From Selaginella moellendorffii (taxonomy: Eukaryota > Plantae > Lycopodiophyta), in assembly GCF_000143415.4 (NCBI RefSeq), contig NW_003314359.1:157477-221476 (forward strand): a stretch of 64,000 nucleotides of DNA, given 5' to 3'. Under the pieces are notes generated by a model. That model did no database searches and was not told where the DNA came from. It saw nothing but the letters and a program-made list of their open reading frames with translations. The position numbers and the translations under genes were made by a program. Positions 37,742 to 51,248 of the stretch are shown piece after piece; positions within the stretch are counted from its first letter, which is position 1; the number at the start of each line of letters is the position of its first letter.

Positions 37742-39394
37742 CTAATCCATGAATCTTTCAATACCACGCCTGTAAATCTCATGCCAATTTTTCCTGGCAG
37801 CCTCTGAATCCCCAGATGCACCACAGGCCGCAAGACCAACAGCACAACAGCGAGCATTCGCGAATGAGAAACAAGGCGACCTTTGCATGACTTTGAAGGC
37901 TTGCAAGGCAGGCCCTCCTTGCCCGTTTCCAACATACGCAAGTATCAAAGCTGTCCACGAGAAAACGTCTTGGAACTTCCTCTGGTTGAAAATGGTTACA
38001 GCATCCACCAAGCTCCCGCAGCCGGCATATACTTCGATCAGGCAGCTCGTCAGGTATGTGCTCGAGTCAACTCCATACCTTGCAGCCGCTGAATGAATCG
38101 CCATGCATGTCTCTAGAGCTCCAACCTTGACACTCTTGCCATCCAGGGCCCTGGCCTCTTCTTCCTCTGCTAGAGCTTTGCAAGCTCTCGACGCGGCCAC
38201 AAATGCCCGAGCATCTACAGCTTTCCTTTCCTGTTCGAACAGCTCCAAGGCGGTTCTTGCCTCGCCACTCCCGGTGTAGCCCAGCATCAGGGACGTGAGA
38301 GGAACAGGGTGACTCCGCGTCTGGCCGAAGACATGGCGAGCATCAGCAAGGCTCCCACACCTTCCATACAGATCCACCAAGCTGCTCAGCAGAAACTCAT
38401 CACAGGCTTTGGCTTGCTTCAGAGATTGAGAATGCAAAGCCATGCCTCTCTCGAGAGCAACGAGTTTCACACGCCGGCCTTGGATTTCCGTCCACGTTTC
38501 CCTGGCTGCAAGCTTGCCGCATGCCTTGAGCGCGGCCGCGAAAGTTAGAGAATTCGGCTTGCATCCCTCGAGATGCATCTGTGCCAGTGCCTCCAATGCC
38601 ATCTCCTCGCCACCACAGTCGGCATAGCCAAGCACCATTGAAGTCCAGGAAATCACGTCGCGACTGATCATGCCATCAAAAACTCCAGCCGAGCCTACCA
38701 GGCTGCCAGACTTGGCATACATGTCGACCAAGGAGTTGGCAACAAAGATATCAGTGTCCAACCCAGCACTCCGAGCGTATGAGTGAACCGCCATGCCCGT
38801 CTCTAGCGAGTGGAGCTTAACAAGCCCCAAATCTCCATCCTCGTACACTCTCTTGGCAAGCTCCTTCTCCGCTAGGCCCGAGCAAGCCTTGAGCACCGCA
38901 ACCAAAGTCCGACTTGTCGGTTCACAGCGTCTCTCTTTGACCATGTTTGAGAAGAGATCCAGTGCTTTTCCTTCCTGGTGGCTGTTCACGTAGCCAAAGA
39001 TCATTGCGTTCCATGCCACAACGTTGTAACGAGCGAACCTCCTGTCGAAAACCATTCGAGCGTCAATGAGGCTCCCACATTTGGCATACATGTCAATTAA
39101 TGTGCTCACCACAAACGGATTCGTATCGCATCCAGCTATGGACACTTGGTGATGGATCTTCTTCCCGGCTTCTAGAGCGCCATAGCCATGACCCGCTGCC
39201 AAGCCAGTGCAAGCCCGAAAAGCAGCAACAAAAGTCCGGGAATCTGGAGCAACTCCTTCGGCCTGCATAGCAGCAAACAATCTCAATGCCAGCATTTGCT
39301 GGCCACTCGCGACATATCTCAAAATCAGCCCAGTCCAGGAGACGACACTCGTGACTTTGTCAAGTGCGTTGATAGCATCCACCATTTTGTCCAA
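37742..39394 (-). CDS. PLS-class PPR protein, truncated (no E/DYW domain, broken N-terminus); possible pseudogene
   Basis: Repeats such as LIDMYAKCGSLIDARMVFD and NVVAWNAMIFGY. The upstream motif (GMRANAFVAT) is out of frame with the ORF. Confidence 0.75.
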   Translation of the reverse strand: MDKMVDAINALDKVTSVVSWTGLILRYVASGQQMLALRLFAAMQAEGVAPDSRTFVAAFRACTGLAAGHGYGALEAGKKIHHQVSIAGCDTNPFVVSTLIDMYAKCGSLIDARMVFDRRFARYNVVAWNAMIFGYVNSHQEGKALDLFSNMVKERRCEPTSRTLVAVLKACSGLAEKELAKRVYEDGDLGLVKLHSLETGMAVHSYARSAGLDTDIFVANSLVDMYAKSGSLVGSAGVFDGMISRDVISWTSMVLGYADCGGEEMALEALAQMHLEGCKPNSLTFAAALKACGKLAARETWTEIQGRRVKLVALERGMALHSQSLKQAKACDEFLLSSLVDLYGRCGSLADARHVFGQTRSHPVPLTSLMLGYTGSGEARTALELFEQERKAVDARAFVAASRACKALAEEEEARALDGKSVKVGALETCMAIHSAAARYGVDSSTYLTSCLIEVYAGCGSLVDAVTIFNQRKFQDVFSWTALILAYVGNGQGGPALQAFKVMQRSPCFSFANARCCAVGLAACGASGDSEAARKNWHEIYRRGIERFMD

Positions 39395-39599
39395 GTGGCC
39401 ACAAAAGCGTTCGCCCTCATGCCATATCCTTGGAAGATCCCTTTTGTGAATTGTACAAGTATCCGAGCATATCTCTTAAATCTGGCAGTTTTTATTGAGA
39501 CTACAGTGTTTGACGTCAGCTACCTCTCTCCTCCTGGTTCTATGGTTCTAGTAGAGTGACTGAAATGTCGCCAAATGCAGGATAAGAGCCCCTTATATG

Positions 39600-40414
39600 T
39601 TAGCAGTGATTGACGCCTTTGACCATCTTGTTCTTGCGTCGATCAATCACCGCTAGTATTACCATTTCTACTGTGAGCACCACTATCAAAACAGCATCCG
39701 CCAGGGCTACCACCATGTTTCCCTGCTTCCAATCTGAATAAAAACCATACGCTGGGACTACAAAGCTCAGCGTGGTAGAGATGAAGAGGGCTCCAACCAT
39801 CGGGATGAAACTTACTACTGAGGGCTTTGTCCAACCTTCTTCAACCTCCTCCTCCTGGCTAGGCACTGGGACTTCTTCCACAAGCCTGCAAACTGATGCC
39901 ACCGCCGCACAAGCATGCCCCATCGCTGACAAAACTTGCAACACGATGAACCACGAAGATGTGGGTGCGAGAGGACTCAGTGCCGCACTGATTGCTCCGA
40001 CAGCAACGCTGATCAGCATGCACCACCTATAGTGGAAATAGGCAAGAACTCCAACGGCACCTGAGCGAAAACTCCTGTTGAGCAAAAGAAAGCAAGAAAA
40101 GTAAACCGCTTACCTCCTGTAAGAGAGCCGAGCACAAGCAGGATGTACAGGGCATCAGTGAAGCAAGCGAGTCGCCAGTATCTAATCGCAGAGTACTGCT
40201 CACCAATCTCGAAGTTGTCCATGTAGTGGTAGCTCCAGCGATACCCATGGTTGGAATGACAGCTCGGGCGAGGACAATCAGCGCAAATCAATGTTGGAGG
40301 AGATAGCGTGAAATAGGCGGTGTAGAAATACAACTGGCTGGACAAAGTAACCAAGCATGAAACAACACTAAAGAACCACCACAGTGGCCTCATGGTCGTA
40401 ACCCTTCCACCCAT
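39600..40414 (-). CDS. Divergent half-size organic cation transporter (SLC22/OCT)-like MFS protein (2 exons)
   Basis: TM1 is followed by a Cys-rich loop ending YSAIRYWRLAC (compare SIVSEWDLVC). Splicing from the GGAG|GT donor to the CTCAG acceptor gives GGAVGVLAYFHYRW and further TM helices (about 6 TM in total). Confidence 0.55.
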
Positions 40415-40542
40415 CCTTCCAGAGAAGAAACCCTAAAACCTCCCTAAAAAACCCTTTTCTTTTGCCCCTTGTTTATAGAACAAGTGTCTACGTGGCAGAC
40501 AGTTGTGCCCTTATTAGGGCGAGACACGTAAGCGCACGCCCT

Positions 40543-40590
40543 ATCCCACATGCGAAGGCGCAGAGTCATGCCCGGGCTAAAGTATATAAA
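40543..40590 (+). promoter_or_regulatory. Plant snRNA promoter: USE (ATCCCACATG) and TATA (TATATAAA), Pol II-type spacing
   Basis: The USE lies at about -72 and the TATA at about -32 relative to the U2 start. The USE consensus is RTCCCACATCG. Confidence 0.85.
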
Positions 40591-40614
40591 GAGGGGTGGG
40601 GGTAATTAAAACTC

Positions 40615-40788
40615 ATACCTTTCTCGGCCTTTTGGCTAAGATCAAGTGTAGTATCTGTTCTTATCAGTTTAATAGCTGATATGGGCCACGTGCCCCAACG
40701 CTATTAACCTAATTTTTTGGGTAGCTTGCTACCCGGTCCTCCACGTGTCGCTTCGGCCTTACACTACCGCCTTAGCCTGGCACAGCCC
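40615..40788 (+). ncRNA. U2: U2 spliceosomal snRNA (variant, shortened stem III)
   Basis: ATACCTTTCTCGGCCTTTTGGCTAAGATCAAGTGTAGTATCTGTTCTTATCAG matches the plant U2 5' end, including the branch-point recognition sequence GTAGTA. The Sm site AATTTTTTGG is at 40711. Confidence 0.93.
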
Positions 40789-40895
40789 AACCCCCAAATT
40801 TAAACCCAAAAAGAAAAACATCTAATTAAACAGTGCAGAGTTTCTGGAATCAAACAATTATTAAAAGTCTTAGCTGAAAAATAGTTTGGAAAGTG

Positions 40896-42401
40896 TTATG
40901 GAATTCTGTCCTTTCTATTTTGTGATAACCGGGTAGCCATCCTCTTAATGGCTTCTTGGTTGGTTTCAGTCCTATTGACAACAACTTCATAGGCACCAGT
41001 TTCCAAATTCACCATTTGCACTCGCTGTTTCAACAAACCTTTCCCAACCGTGACCAGTTTCTTCAAATTCTCCAAGCTCGAGTTGTCAACTTCGGCAATG
41101 CTGCCCTCGAGCTCAGAAGTCTGTCAAAAAGAGAAACACCAGATTCACGACCTTTTCAAACTCGAGCTTTCTTTTACCTGAATCCGAAGGAAGTTCTGCT
41201 CGCATACACCAAGCCGGAAGAGCGACGAGATGGTGTAGTCGACCATGTCGGAGCTTGCGTTAGAGAAAATGCTGATGATTGGAGCCCCGTTCTGATGAAC
41301 CACCCAGCCAAGAGGCCCCCATGTTGCTATCTCCTTGGCCGTGTAGCTCACGGTTTGATTGCCACAACCAAGAGAGATCACCAGCAAGTCCTCGAATTTC
41401 TGATAAGAGTTTACAATGAACAACGAGAAGCTCCTTTAGTTTAATCTATTTACCTCGAGCAGTTTAGTGCCTACTAATCCTGGATCCTGAGCTTGCGAGT
41501 CCTTGAGAGCTTGAACAATGGCTAAAAAGGTCTGCACATAGATAGAAAATAGTTGAGCAAACGGACTAGAGCTTTAAAAACTATGAGAAATTACTGGATT
41601 GTTTGCGGCGAGGCCGCCATCAACCAGGTTGAATTCCTCTCCTGTAGGCATCTTGAAATATTTTGGAGGCAAATAAGTTGGAGCCGCGCTGGTGCCCCGG
41701 ACAACATCTCGTAGAAACGCATTCTTGGGTTCGTTTGTTTTGGCCTGAAAGTCTTGACCGCTTTTATCAGAAGACAAAATCAAAACAAATTGCACGGACA
41801 CAAACCTCTGACGTTGCGAAGATCACAGGCTGCTGGAGTTTAGTGTCGAAGGTTGGAATAACGAGAGGAGCGAGTGTGTCTCCCATCTTTAAGTCGCCAA
41901 TATACTCGCGGAGGAGACTCTCCAGAGGCTTCTCGGAGTACTTTGGCCCGAAGAATCCAGCAGCGCTTTTGAGACTGTCAAAGTGAGAGTCAGCTCGAAA
42001 GATTTTCTATCAAAATAACGAGGAGAACGTACAAGTACTGCGGGAATATCTTCTGCGCATTCGCAAAGTAAAACCCAGTGACCTCTTTCGCCGTGAACCT
42101 TGGCCGATTGTCTTTGCCGGGAGTCCCCAGCATTGCAGCGATGATCCCTCCAGTGCTGGCTCCAGCGATGGTGTCAAAGTAATCCGCGAGCCTGGCGCTA
42201 GGGCCATCTAGCTCCTGTTTCGGAAAAAAAGAAAAAACACAGAGAGACATGAAAGTTGATGCTTTGACTCTGCTTTGAAAATTTTCCAAGAGAAACCTGT
42301 AAGCACTCCTCGAGGTACTCTAAAATCGTTGCGGGAATAACACCCCTCACTCCACCGCCATCGATGCTCAAGACACACTTCCTCCTCCTGCTTGTTTCCA
42401 T
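40896..42401 (-). CDS. Patatin-like phospholipase A (pPLAII), copy A
   Basis: [17 protein letters not shown] nucleophile elbow, [18 protein letters not shown]. Confidence 0.92.
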
Positions 42402-42823
42402 GAAACTCCTGTGCGATGGAAGATTCTCCCGAGAGTAAACGGGCCAAGGAATGGATCATACTTATATTATTTAGGATCCGTGACGCATTTGTTATGTACT
42501 CTTTATAAATGCGAGTCGTGCTTTTGAAAAGGGACACTGCAACGTTTGCCTCGTCAATACACTAAGGATAAGCGTGTTATGGTATACTGGTCTCAAGGCT
42601 GTCTGTTCGTAAACCTCAAAATGCATACGCAATTGGATGCCTTGCGTAATTCTGTACGTCCTTTGATCTATATAAATAACTAATTTATTCTAGAATTGAG
42701 TGGAGCAGAGATTAGGAAGGAATTTTTCCGATCGTAACAGTTGTAAGACACGGCTGCACGTCCCACGTTCGAACGGGTAAGCTCAACTGTGCCCTAAATT
42801 ATCAACCCTGCCCGCGCTAAATT

Positions 42824-44339
42824 TTACGCATTGCGTTTCATGCGCTCTTCAGACAGCCGGGTTGCAAGCCTGGTTTTTGTTGATCATGTAGCTTTCAGCC
42901 TAAAAATGTAAATTTGCAAACCTGCGAATGGCCTCCCCGTTGGTCTCCATGCCCGGCCGAAGGTCGTAAGAGCCATTGTGCAAGTTGACCCGTTTGACCG
43001 GCTCCTTGATCAGCTGTCTCCCAATGTTAACCAGCTCCGCAAGGTTGGCTGGCTTTGAATTGTCAACTTGCCCAGTCGCGTTCTCCAAAGTGGACGTCTG
43101 ACCACGAAATAAACTAAGCATTTCCCAATTCATGCATACGATCTCTCTTACTTGGATTCTTAAGAAGTTTTCCTCGCACAATCCGACCTGAAAGAGCGCC
43201 GAGATTGCATAGTCCACCATGTCCGAGCTCGCGTTGAGGAGCATATTCGTTATTGGCGGTCCATTGCGGTGCGTCACCCAGCTCAAAGCACCCCATCCCG
43301 CGGCTTCCTTGGCGCTGTAACTCACAGTTTGGTTGCCACAGCCAAGCGATAATACCAGCAAATCCTCAAATCTCTGGAAACCATATACCTTTGCAGGCTG
43401 ATTTATATCGAACACTACGATCGATTACCTGGAATATTGTTCGCGGGGTCATGCTTCCCTCACCCTGAGATTCTTTGAAAGTTTCCACCATAGCGAGGAA
43501 GGCCTGGAACATTGAGAATTAGAAAGAATTAGTGATACAGGTTAAGGTGGTGATGTAACTGGATTATTTGCGGCGAGGCCTCCATCCACGAGATTGAAGC
43601 GTGTTCCTTCGGTCGTCTCGAATTCCACGGGCGAAAAATACGTTGGAGCGGCGGATGTTCCTCGGGCAACGTCTCTCAGAAACGCATTCTTGGAAGCATC
43701 AGCAAAAGCCTGGTTTTCTTTGTTAGAAAACCATTGCATATGAAAATTATCTAGATTCTTTTTCTACCTCTGCAGTGGTAAATATGACTGGCTGCTGTAG
43801 TTTGATATCAAAGGTTGGAATCAAAACTGGTACCAATGTATCGCGCATCCTCAAATCTTCAACATAAGATTTCAGTATTCTCTCTATAGGATGGGCTGCA
43901 TACTTGGGACCAAAGAGACCATTTGCAGCGGTAAATCTGGCAAAGCATACGAAAAAATTCACGAGGAACTAAGAAGTAAAAAGACAGGATTTTTACATGC
44001 TCTGAGGAAAGATGGTACTCGAGTTCTTGAGGTAAAAATCAGTTATCTGTTTGGCTGTGAACAGGGGTCTTCCTTGGCTGTCGGGAACTGCGAGCATCAA
44101 ACACATTATCCCTCCAGTGCTTGTCCCAGAGATCATATCGAAATAATCTGCTATTCTCGCATGCTCTCCATCCAAATCCTGATATGATCAATCCTAACGA
44201 TTGAAACAAATATTTATCCAAATTTTACTTGTAGGCATTGCTCGAGGTGTTCCAGGATCTGGCTTGCGATCAATCCTCTCACCCCTCCTCCATCGATGCT
44301 CAAAACTCTCTTCTTGGAGCTCCCTCGATTATCACCCAT
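42824..44339 (-). CDS. Patatin-like phospholipase A (pPLAII), copy B
   Basis: [44 protein letters not shown]. Confidence 0.92.
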
Positions 44340-44530
44340 TGATCGCTACTAATGAGCTTATACTCTTCCAAGATTATATCCAAAACCACCAAGGCTGTTA
44401 TAAAGAGAGTTTCTTGCCAAAAAATCTATTCAATTACATTAAGTGTGTTTAATATTAAGATAAGCCAAATGCTTTGGAACTTTATGTCCTTAAAAGTTAT
44501 TTTGCCCTATTCTCTGTTCTAAGCAGAGCT

Positions 44531-45753
44531 ATGGGAAATCGCAGCCTTCGTCGGCGGCACGAGGATTCTCTAGCCCCCCTCGCCCCACTCAAGAGCGATT
44601 CGGACAAGAGGTTAGTCTCACGGATGATTAGGCGGCGCCGCGGCCCCCGCCTCCTCGTCACCGCATTGGCGCTCTTATTCGCCATCGCCGGGACCGCAAT
44701 CGCGGCGTCTCTGTGCGCCAGATTTCTCCTCTTGAATGCCAACAGGCTTGGAAGGCAATGCAGCAGTGGGATTGGCCCGCGACAGGGATTGAGTTTTGGG
44801 ATTGTGAGCTGCTCCGACGATCTGAGCACCGTGCCGCACAGATCGTTCCACGGGATGATGCAGCTCGTGTCTCCCAACAAGCAGAGATACGCCGCGATGC
44901 ATGGCTATGGCTTCATTGACGCCAGTGACGTTCTTGACGCTGAGAGGCCCCCGAGCTGGAGCAAGATCAAGGCAGTTCGCAAGCATCTGGGGAGCTACGA
45001 CTGGATCTTCTGGAACGATGCTGTAAGCTCCATTGATTTTTTCTTCTTTGGCCTCTCATAGTTTCCTTCCAGGACTCTCTCGTGACGAACTTTGCAGTGA
45101 CGCTGGTAAGTCCCGTTTGAGATCTCAAAGGCACTAATCTCGCAGACTAGGAAGAGGTGGTGAGTTCCACGCTTGGAGATGTCAAGTATGAGGACAGGCC
45201 AGATCTTATCATCACGCAGGACGTGACGGGATTCAATGCAGGCGAGTTTTCTTTACATTTGTAGTTTCCTTTCGCTTACACTCTTTGCAGGGATGTTCTT
45301 CATCCGTGACAGTGCGTGGAGCAGGGACTTTCTCAACCGGTGGTGGAACCAGACATCGCATATCAAACCGTTTGGCGAGTCCAAGAGCGGAGACAATGAT
45401 GCGCTCAAGTTTCTGATTCAGTCTATGCCCGCGGAGGAAAGGCAAAAGCACATCCACGTTCCTCGAATGCAGTGTTTATTCAACTCTTACCTCTGGATGC
45501 CTACCTGGAGAAATGTGTATCGACTTCTGGTAATGACGAGAATGGTGTGGAAAGGTAAGAGCCGGTTTTGGAGTTCTTTGAGTCGTCTGATATATTTCCT
45601 TCATCGTGACGTGAAGGTACTTATTCCACTGGAGACTTTATGGTGCACCTTGCAGGAGTGGACAACAAGAAGAGGTGGATTCATGAATTTCTTAAGAGGG
45701 CAGAGACATCTCACAAGGAGCTGCTGAACTTATGGACCATGACATGGTTATAG
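44531..45753 (+). CDS. Glycosyltransferase family 34 (GMA12/MNN10-like)
   Basis: TM anchor, NKQRYAAMHGY, RPPSWSKIKAV, DWIFWNDAD, FNAGMFFIR, SGDNDALK. The last exon reads GDFMVHLAGVDNKKRW...MTWL*. Confidence 0.9.
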
Positions 45754-45931
45754 ACATCTTTGAGTCGTCTGATATATTTCCTTCATCGTGACGTGAAGGT
45801 ACTTATTCCAGGAGACTTTATGGTGCGGAGTGGACAACAAGAAGAGGTGGATTCATGAATTTCTTAAGAGGGCAGAGACATCTCACAAGGAGCTGCTGAA
45901 CTTATGGACCATGACATGGTTATAGACATCT
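45575..45931. repeat. Tandem direct duplication (~185 bp + ~175 bp) spanning the GT34 and epimerase 3' ends
   Basis: Copy 1 is 45575-45759 and copy 2 is 45757-45931, sharing a TCT junction. Copy 2 lacks CT and ACCTTGCA. Confidence 0.93.
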
Positions 45932-47335
45932 CCCGAGTTGAGGATCACGCTCGGAAAGTTTGGCTGGTTGACAGCGTTAGGGAAGCCTTGAGTCTCCAGA
46001 CACAAGCCGGCATACTTGGAATAGACAGCCCCGCCTTTGCCTTCGATCCTCACTATCTGGTTACCAGAGTAGAACTGGACTCCTGGCTGGTTCGTCCAGA
46101 TTTCCATCTTTCTCGTGCTGACGGGATCTTCCAGGGTCACGGCGTGGTAAAGCCCTTCGTCGTCTCGAACGGTTTTATCCAAGGCGAAGTTATGGTCGTA
46201 TCCTCCAGGGACGGACTCAATGCGGCTGCCGATGCTCATCGGCTCGAGGAAGTCGAACGGCGTTTTCGCCACTGGAGCAATCTCTCCGGTGGGAATAAGC
46301 AGAGCATCCACAGGGGTGTAGTGAGAAGCCAAGATCTTTACTGTGTGGTTGAGGATGCTCCCGCTGTTGTGACCGGCGAGGTTCCAGTAGCTGTGATGAG
46401 CCAAGTTCACTGGTGTCATCTTGTTCCGGGTCGAGGCGATTAGCTCCACTCTCAGCTCGTTTTCGCCAGACAAGGTATAAGTTACAGTCACGTCTATGTC
46501 GCCAGGAAATCCTGCAAGGCATTTTTTTTTTTTGTTTTGTTTCAAGGTTCTTACTCGTCTCTGCAGGTCTTTACCTTGCTCGGTGTTGTAGCTGTACAGG
46601 AGAAACTCGACAGACGGTGAAGAAGGATCCTTTGATGCTACTCGAGACCGCCAGAGTATGTTGTTATAGCCGATAAATCCTCCTGTGATTTGCTCTCTCT
46701 CTCTCTCGTTAGCTCTTTACTTTTGCGAGATTTGAAGACAAACCGTGTAAGGTGTTGTTATGATCGTTGCCTGTCAAGAAGTACGTGGTGCCATTGAGAG
46801 TGAACCTGGCGTCTTTGATCCGGTTAGCAACCCGGCCGACAATGGCACCAAAGTAAGGTGACGTTCCATCCTGGTGAGCGTTCTGATAATGACCTTGCAA
46901 GTTTTTCCAGGACTTACCATGTAAGGTTCTAGCGAGTCAAGCCCCAGGACGATGTCCACATCCTTTCCTGTAAGTCAGGACAAAACACTTGAGTCCAAAG
47001 ACGACCAGACTGTCGCGACAGAGATTGGCACTCTGGACAAGGAAAAGCTTGGAAAAACTATAGAAAATAAATAGAGAAAGCAGGACTGATTGGATCAATC
47101 AATCATTCACTCCTTGACGCTTGCCTGTTCTTGGATCGAGCATTGTGAGAGAGGTGATCGTAGCTCCCCAGTCAGTGATGCGAAGCGTGGTGGTTCCAGC
47201 GGTCAGAGTGTAGAGGAGCGCTCCGCCTCGTCCCCACGCTTCCACGGTCACTGCCTCGTTCTCCGCCCCTGGATTCGTCGCCAATGCCGTGAGCGCTGCC
47301 ACAGCCGGCAACAGCAACATCGCAAACTTAGCCAT
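45883..47335 (-). CDS. Aldose 1-epimerase (mutarotase) with signal peptide
   Basis: TDWGATITSL, PYFGAIVGRVANRI, NTLHG, GFPGD, PVNLAHHSYWNL, GYDHNF, LCLETQGFPNAVNQPNFP. Confidence 0.95.
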
Positions 47336-47639
47336 TTCGCTCTCGTCCAAACGCGAGTCCCAAAATATTTCAAAGAAGGGCGAATATTCGGAACTTATCC
47401 TTAGCCATGTTTGATCTTTCAAACCAACGTTAGTTCATTCACTAAATTCAGCGTAGATTCTTCGTACCATTCGCATCTAATCTGGCACAATCAAGAGTGG
47501 ATATTTCTATGGAATGAATTATATGACATTGTTTAAGCCATTGTCAGAAGAGAGAGGAGAAATCTTTCGTAGAGCTTGGAGGATCATTTGTTGCAGTCTC
47601 TACTTGATAAAGAGATAAATGCAAAATGAAGCAATACAT

Positions 47640-49330
47640 GCTAAAAATCTTGTTAACATAAAAATAACAAAAACTGTACGTGTTATATTTAAAGTTTGAC
47701 TAGACAAAACTTCATCCTCACTTTTATTATTTCATATTAATTATATTAAAAATAATATGTATAAAATTCAATCATTTAATCTTTTGATTCTACAACTCTA
47801 TTTTAGTTATAAATTTAACCTATTTACTAAATTTTTTAAAATTATGGTGTTTTAATTTCTAGTCACAAATATCAACTGAAAATAATCACTAGTTTACAGA
47901 CAAAATTTTAAGATGTATAAGCCATTTTTAACAGCTTAAAATGAAGTTTATCATGAAGAATTGTAAATAAATTATAAGAATATTAGCAAAATAAAAATAC
48001 CTAATTTGTGTTTTCATTTTTTTCCTATAAAATATATATAATATGAGGTATAAGATATATGCCTCCCACATTATATATTTTAACTCCACTATAATAAAAA
48101 AAGAAAAGGTTTAGGATGAATTTACTTAGAATTAGTTTTATTCTTTAATTAGCACTGGGCTTTTTAAATCAGAATATGCTTGTAAAGTTTAATAATACAA
48201 TTTATATTTATTTTTGTAAATAAATTAATTTAAATTTCTTAACTGATTTTAGTAAAAAATAGGTATCATATCTCCATAAAACATTTTTTCTGTTATTCAT
48301 TTTACATCAAGTTATAAGAGAAAATTCAAAATTTATAATATTTTAAAAATTATTCTCTAGCTTTGGATATAAAAATATATTAATTGGTATATTTGTAATT
48401 GTATATTTTTTATATCCATAAAAATTTCAAAAATATAAAATATGTATGAGAGTGAATAATGAAGTTGAAATTCTTCAGTAAATTTTATAAGGTATATATG
48501 TCAAATTTTATACATACAATAAATCAATTTTTAAAACCATTAGCATTTTATATATGAAATATGTGAGAACAAAACTATTTATTAAAATTTTACACAAATA
48601 GATTAAAATTAAAATGATTGAACCTACTTAAGTAGTGATAAATGTTAATAAATCTCTAAGCAATTGTGTCTTTGTTGATGTGTTAATAGACTTATTGATT
48701 TTAATATCTTTATCAGTGCCGAATTCACTTTGTTAACAAAATTATTTATATCACCTATATATATATATATATAGACACACACATATTTATGTATGTGTGT
48801 GTGTGTTGTATATTTTAAATAATGTATATTTATTTTTTTCCCTTTTATAAATCTTGAAGGGTTTCTTAAAAGTTTTACTTTTCTGTATCATTTATATATC
48901 TAATTTTTTATAATGACAACATTACTTATAGCAAAATTAAAATAAAATAGGTAAACAGTTTTTGTTAAATGTTTTTTGGTACTTAGAATTTTAATGATTA
49001 TTCCCATTTTTCCTATATCAAGTTGGTGGGTGAATGGATATTAATGTGTACCTTGGAAAGAAATATCTCTATGTTGTCTCTGAACACAAGAAGGAAAAGT
49101 AATTAATTTAAAAGTAAACTATAGTTTAAATATTTACATGCTCAAAGATTTCATGAGGAAAAAAATTACAAAGAGAGCTCTAATGATGAAATACATAGCC
49201 ATACCAAAAAAAATTAATAAAAATACATTTATTTAGTAGACATAGTGAAAGACAAGAAATAAGGTTTAACTTACAAATTAAATATCTGCTTATGAATAAA
49301 AACTAAGTTGTTCATATTCATTTAGTTTAA
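47640..49330. other. Extremely AT-rich, ORF-free island (probable decayed or non-autonomous TE)
   Basis: There is an abrupt compositional switch from the GC-balanced genes. The ORF track shows no ORF of 60 aa or more here, and a (TA)n/(TG)n tract lies at ~48755-48810. Confidence 0.5.
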
Positions 49331-49465
49331 TCTCACTTAGCAGCTAGTGAGCTATATTTTCCTCAGAGGTACCATGCTGTAAGTGGCATCCATTGCTAAG
49401 CATGGAGTGAATGAAGACACTCAATACTCCATGCAAGTATGACTCACTATTTTCCTTTAGCATTT

Positions 49466-51248
<1,783 letters not shown>

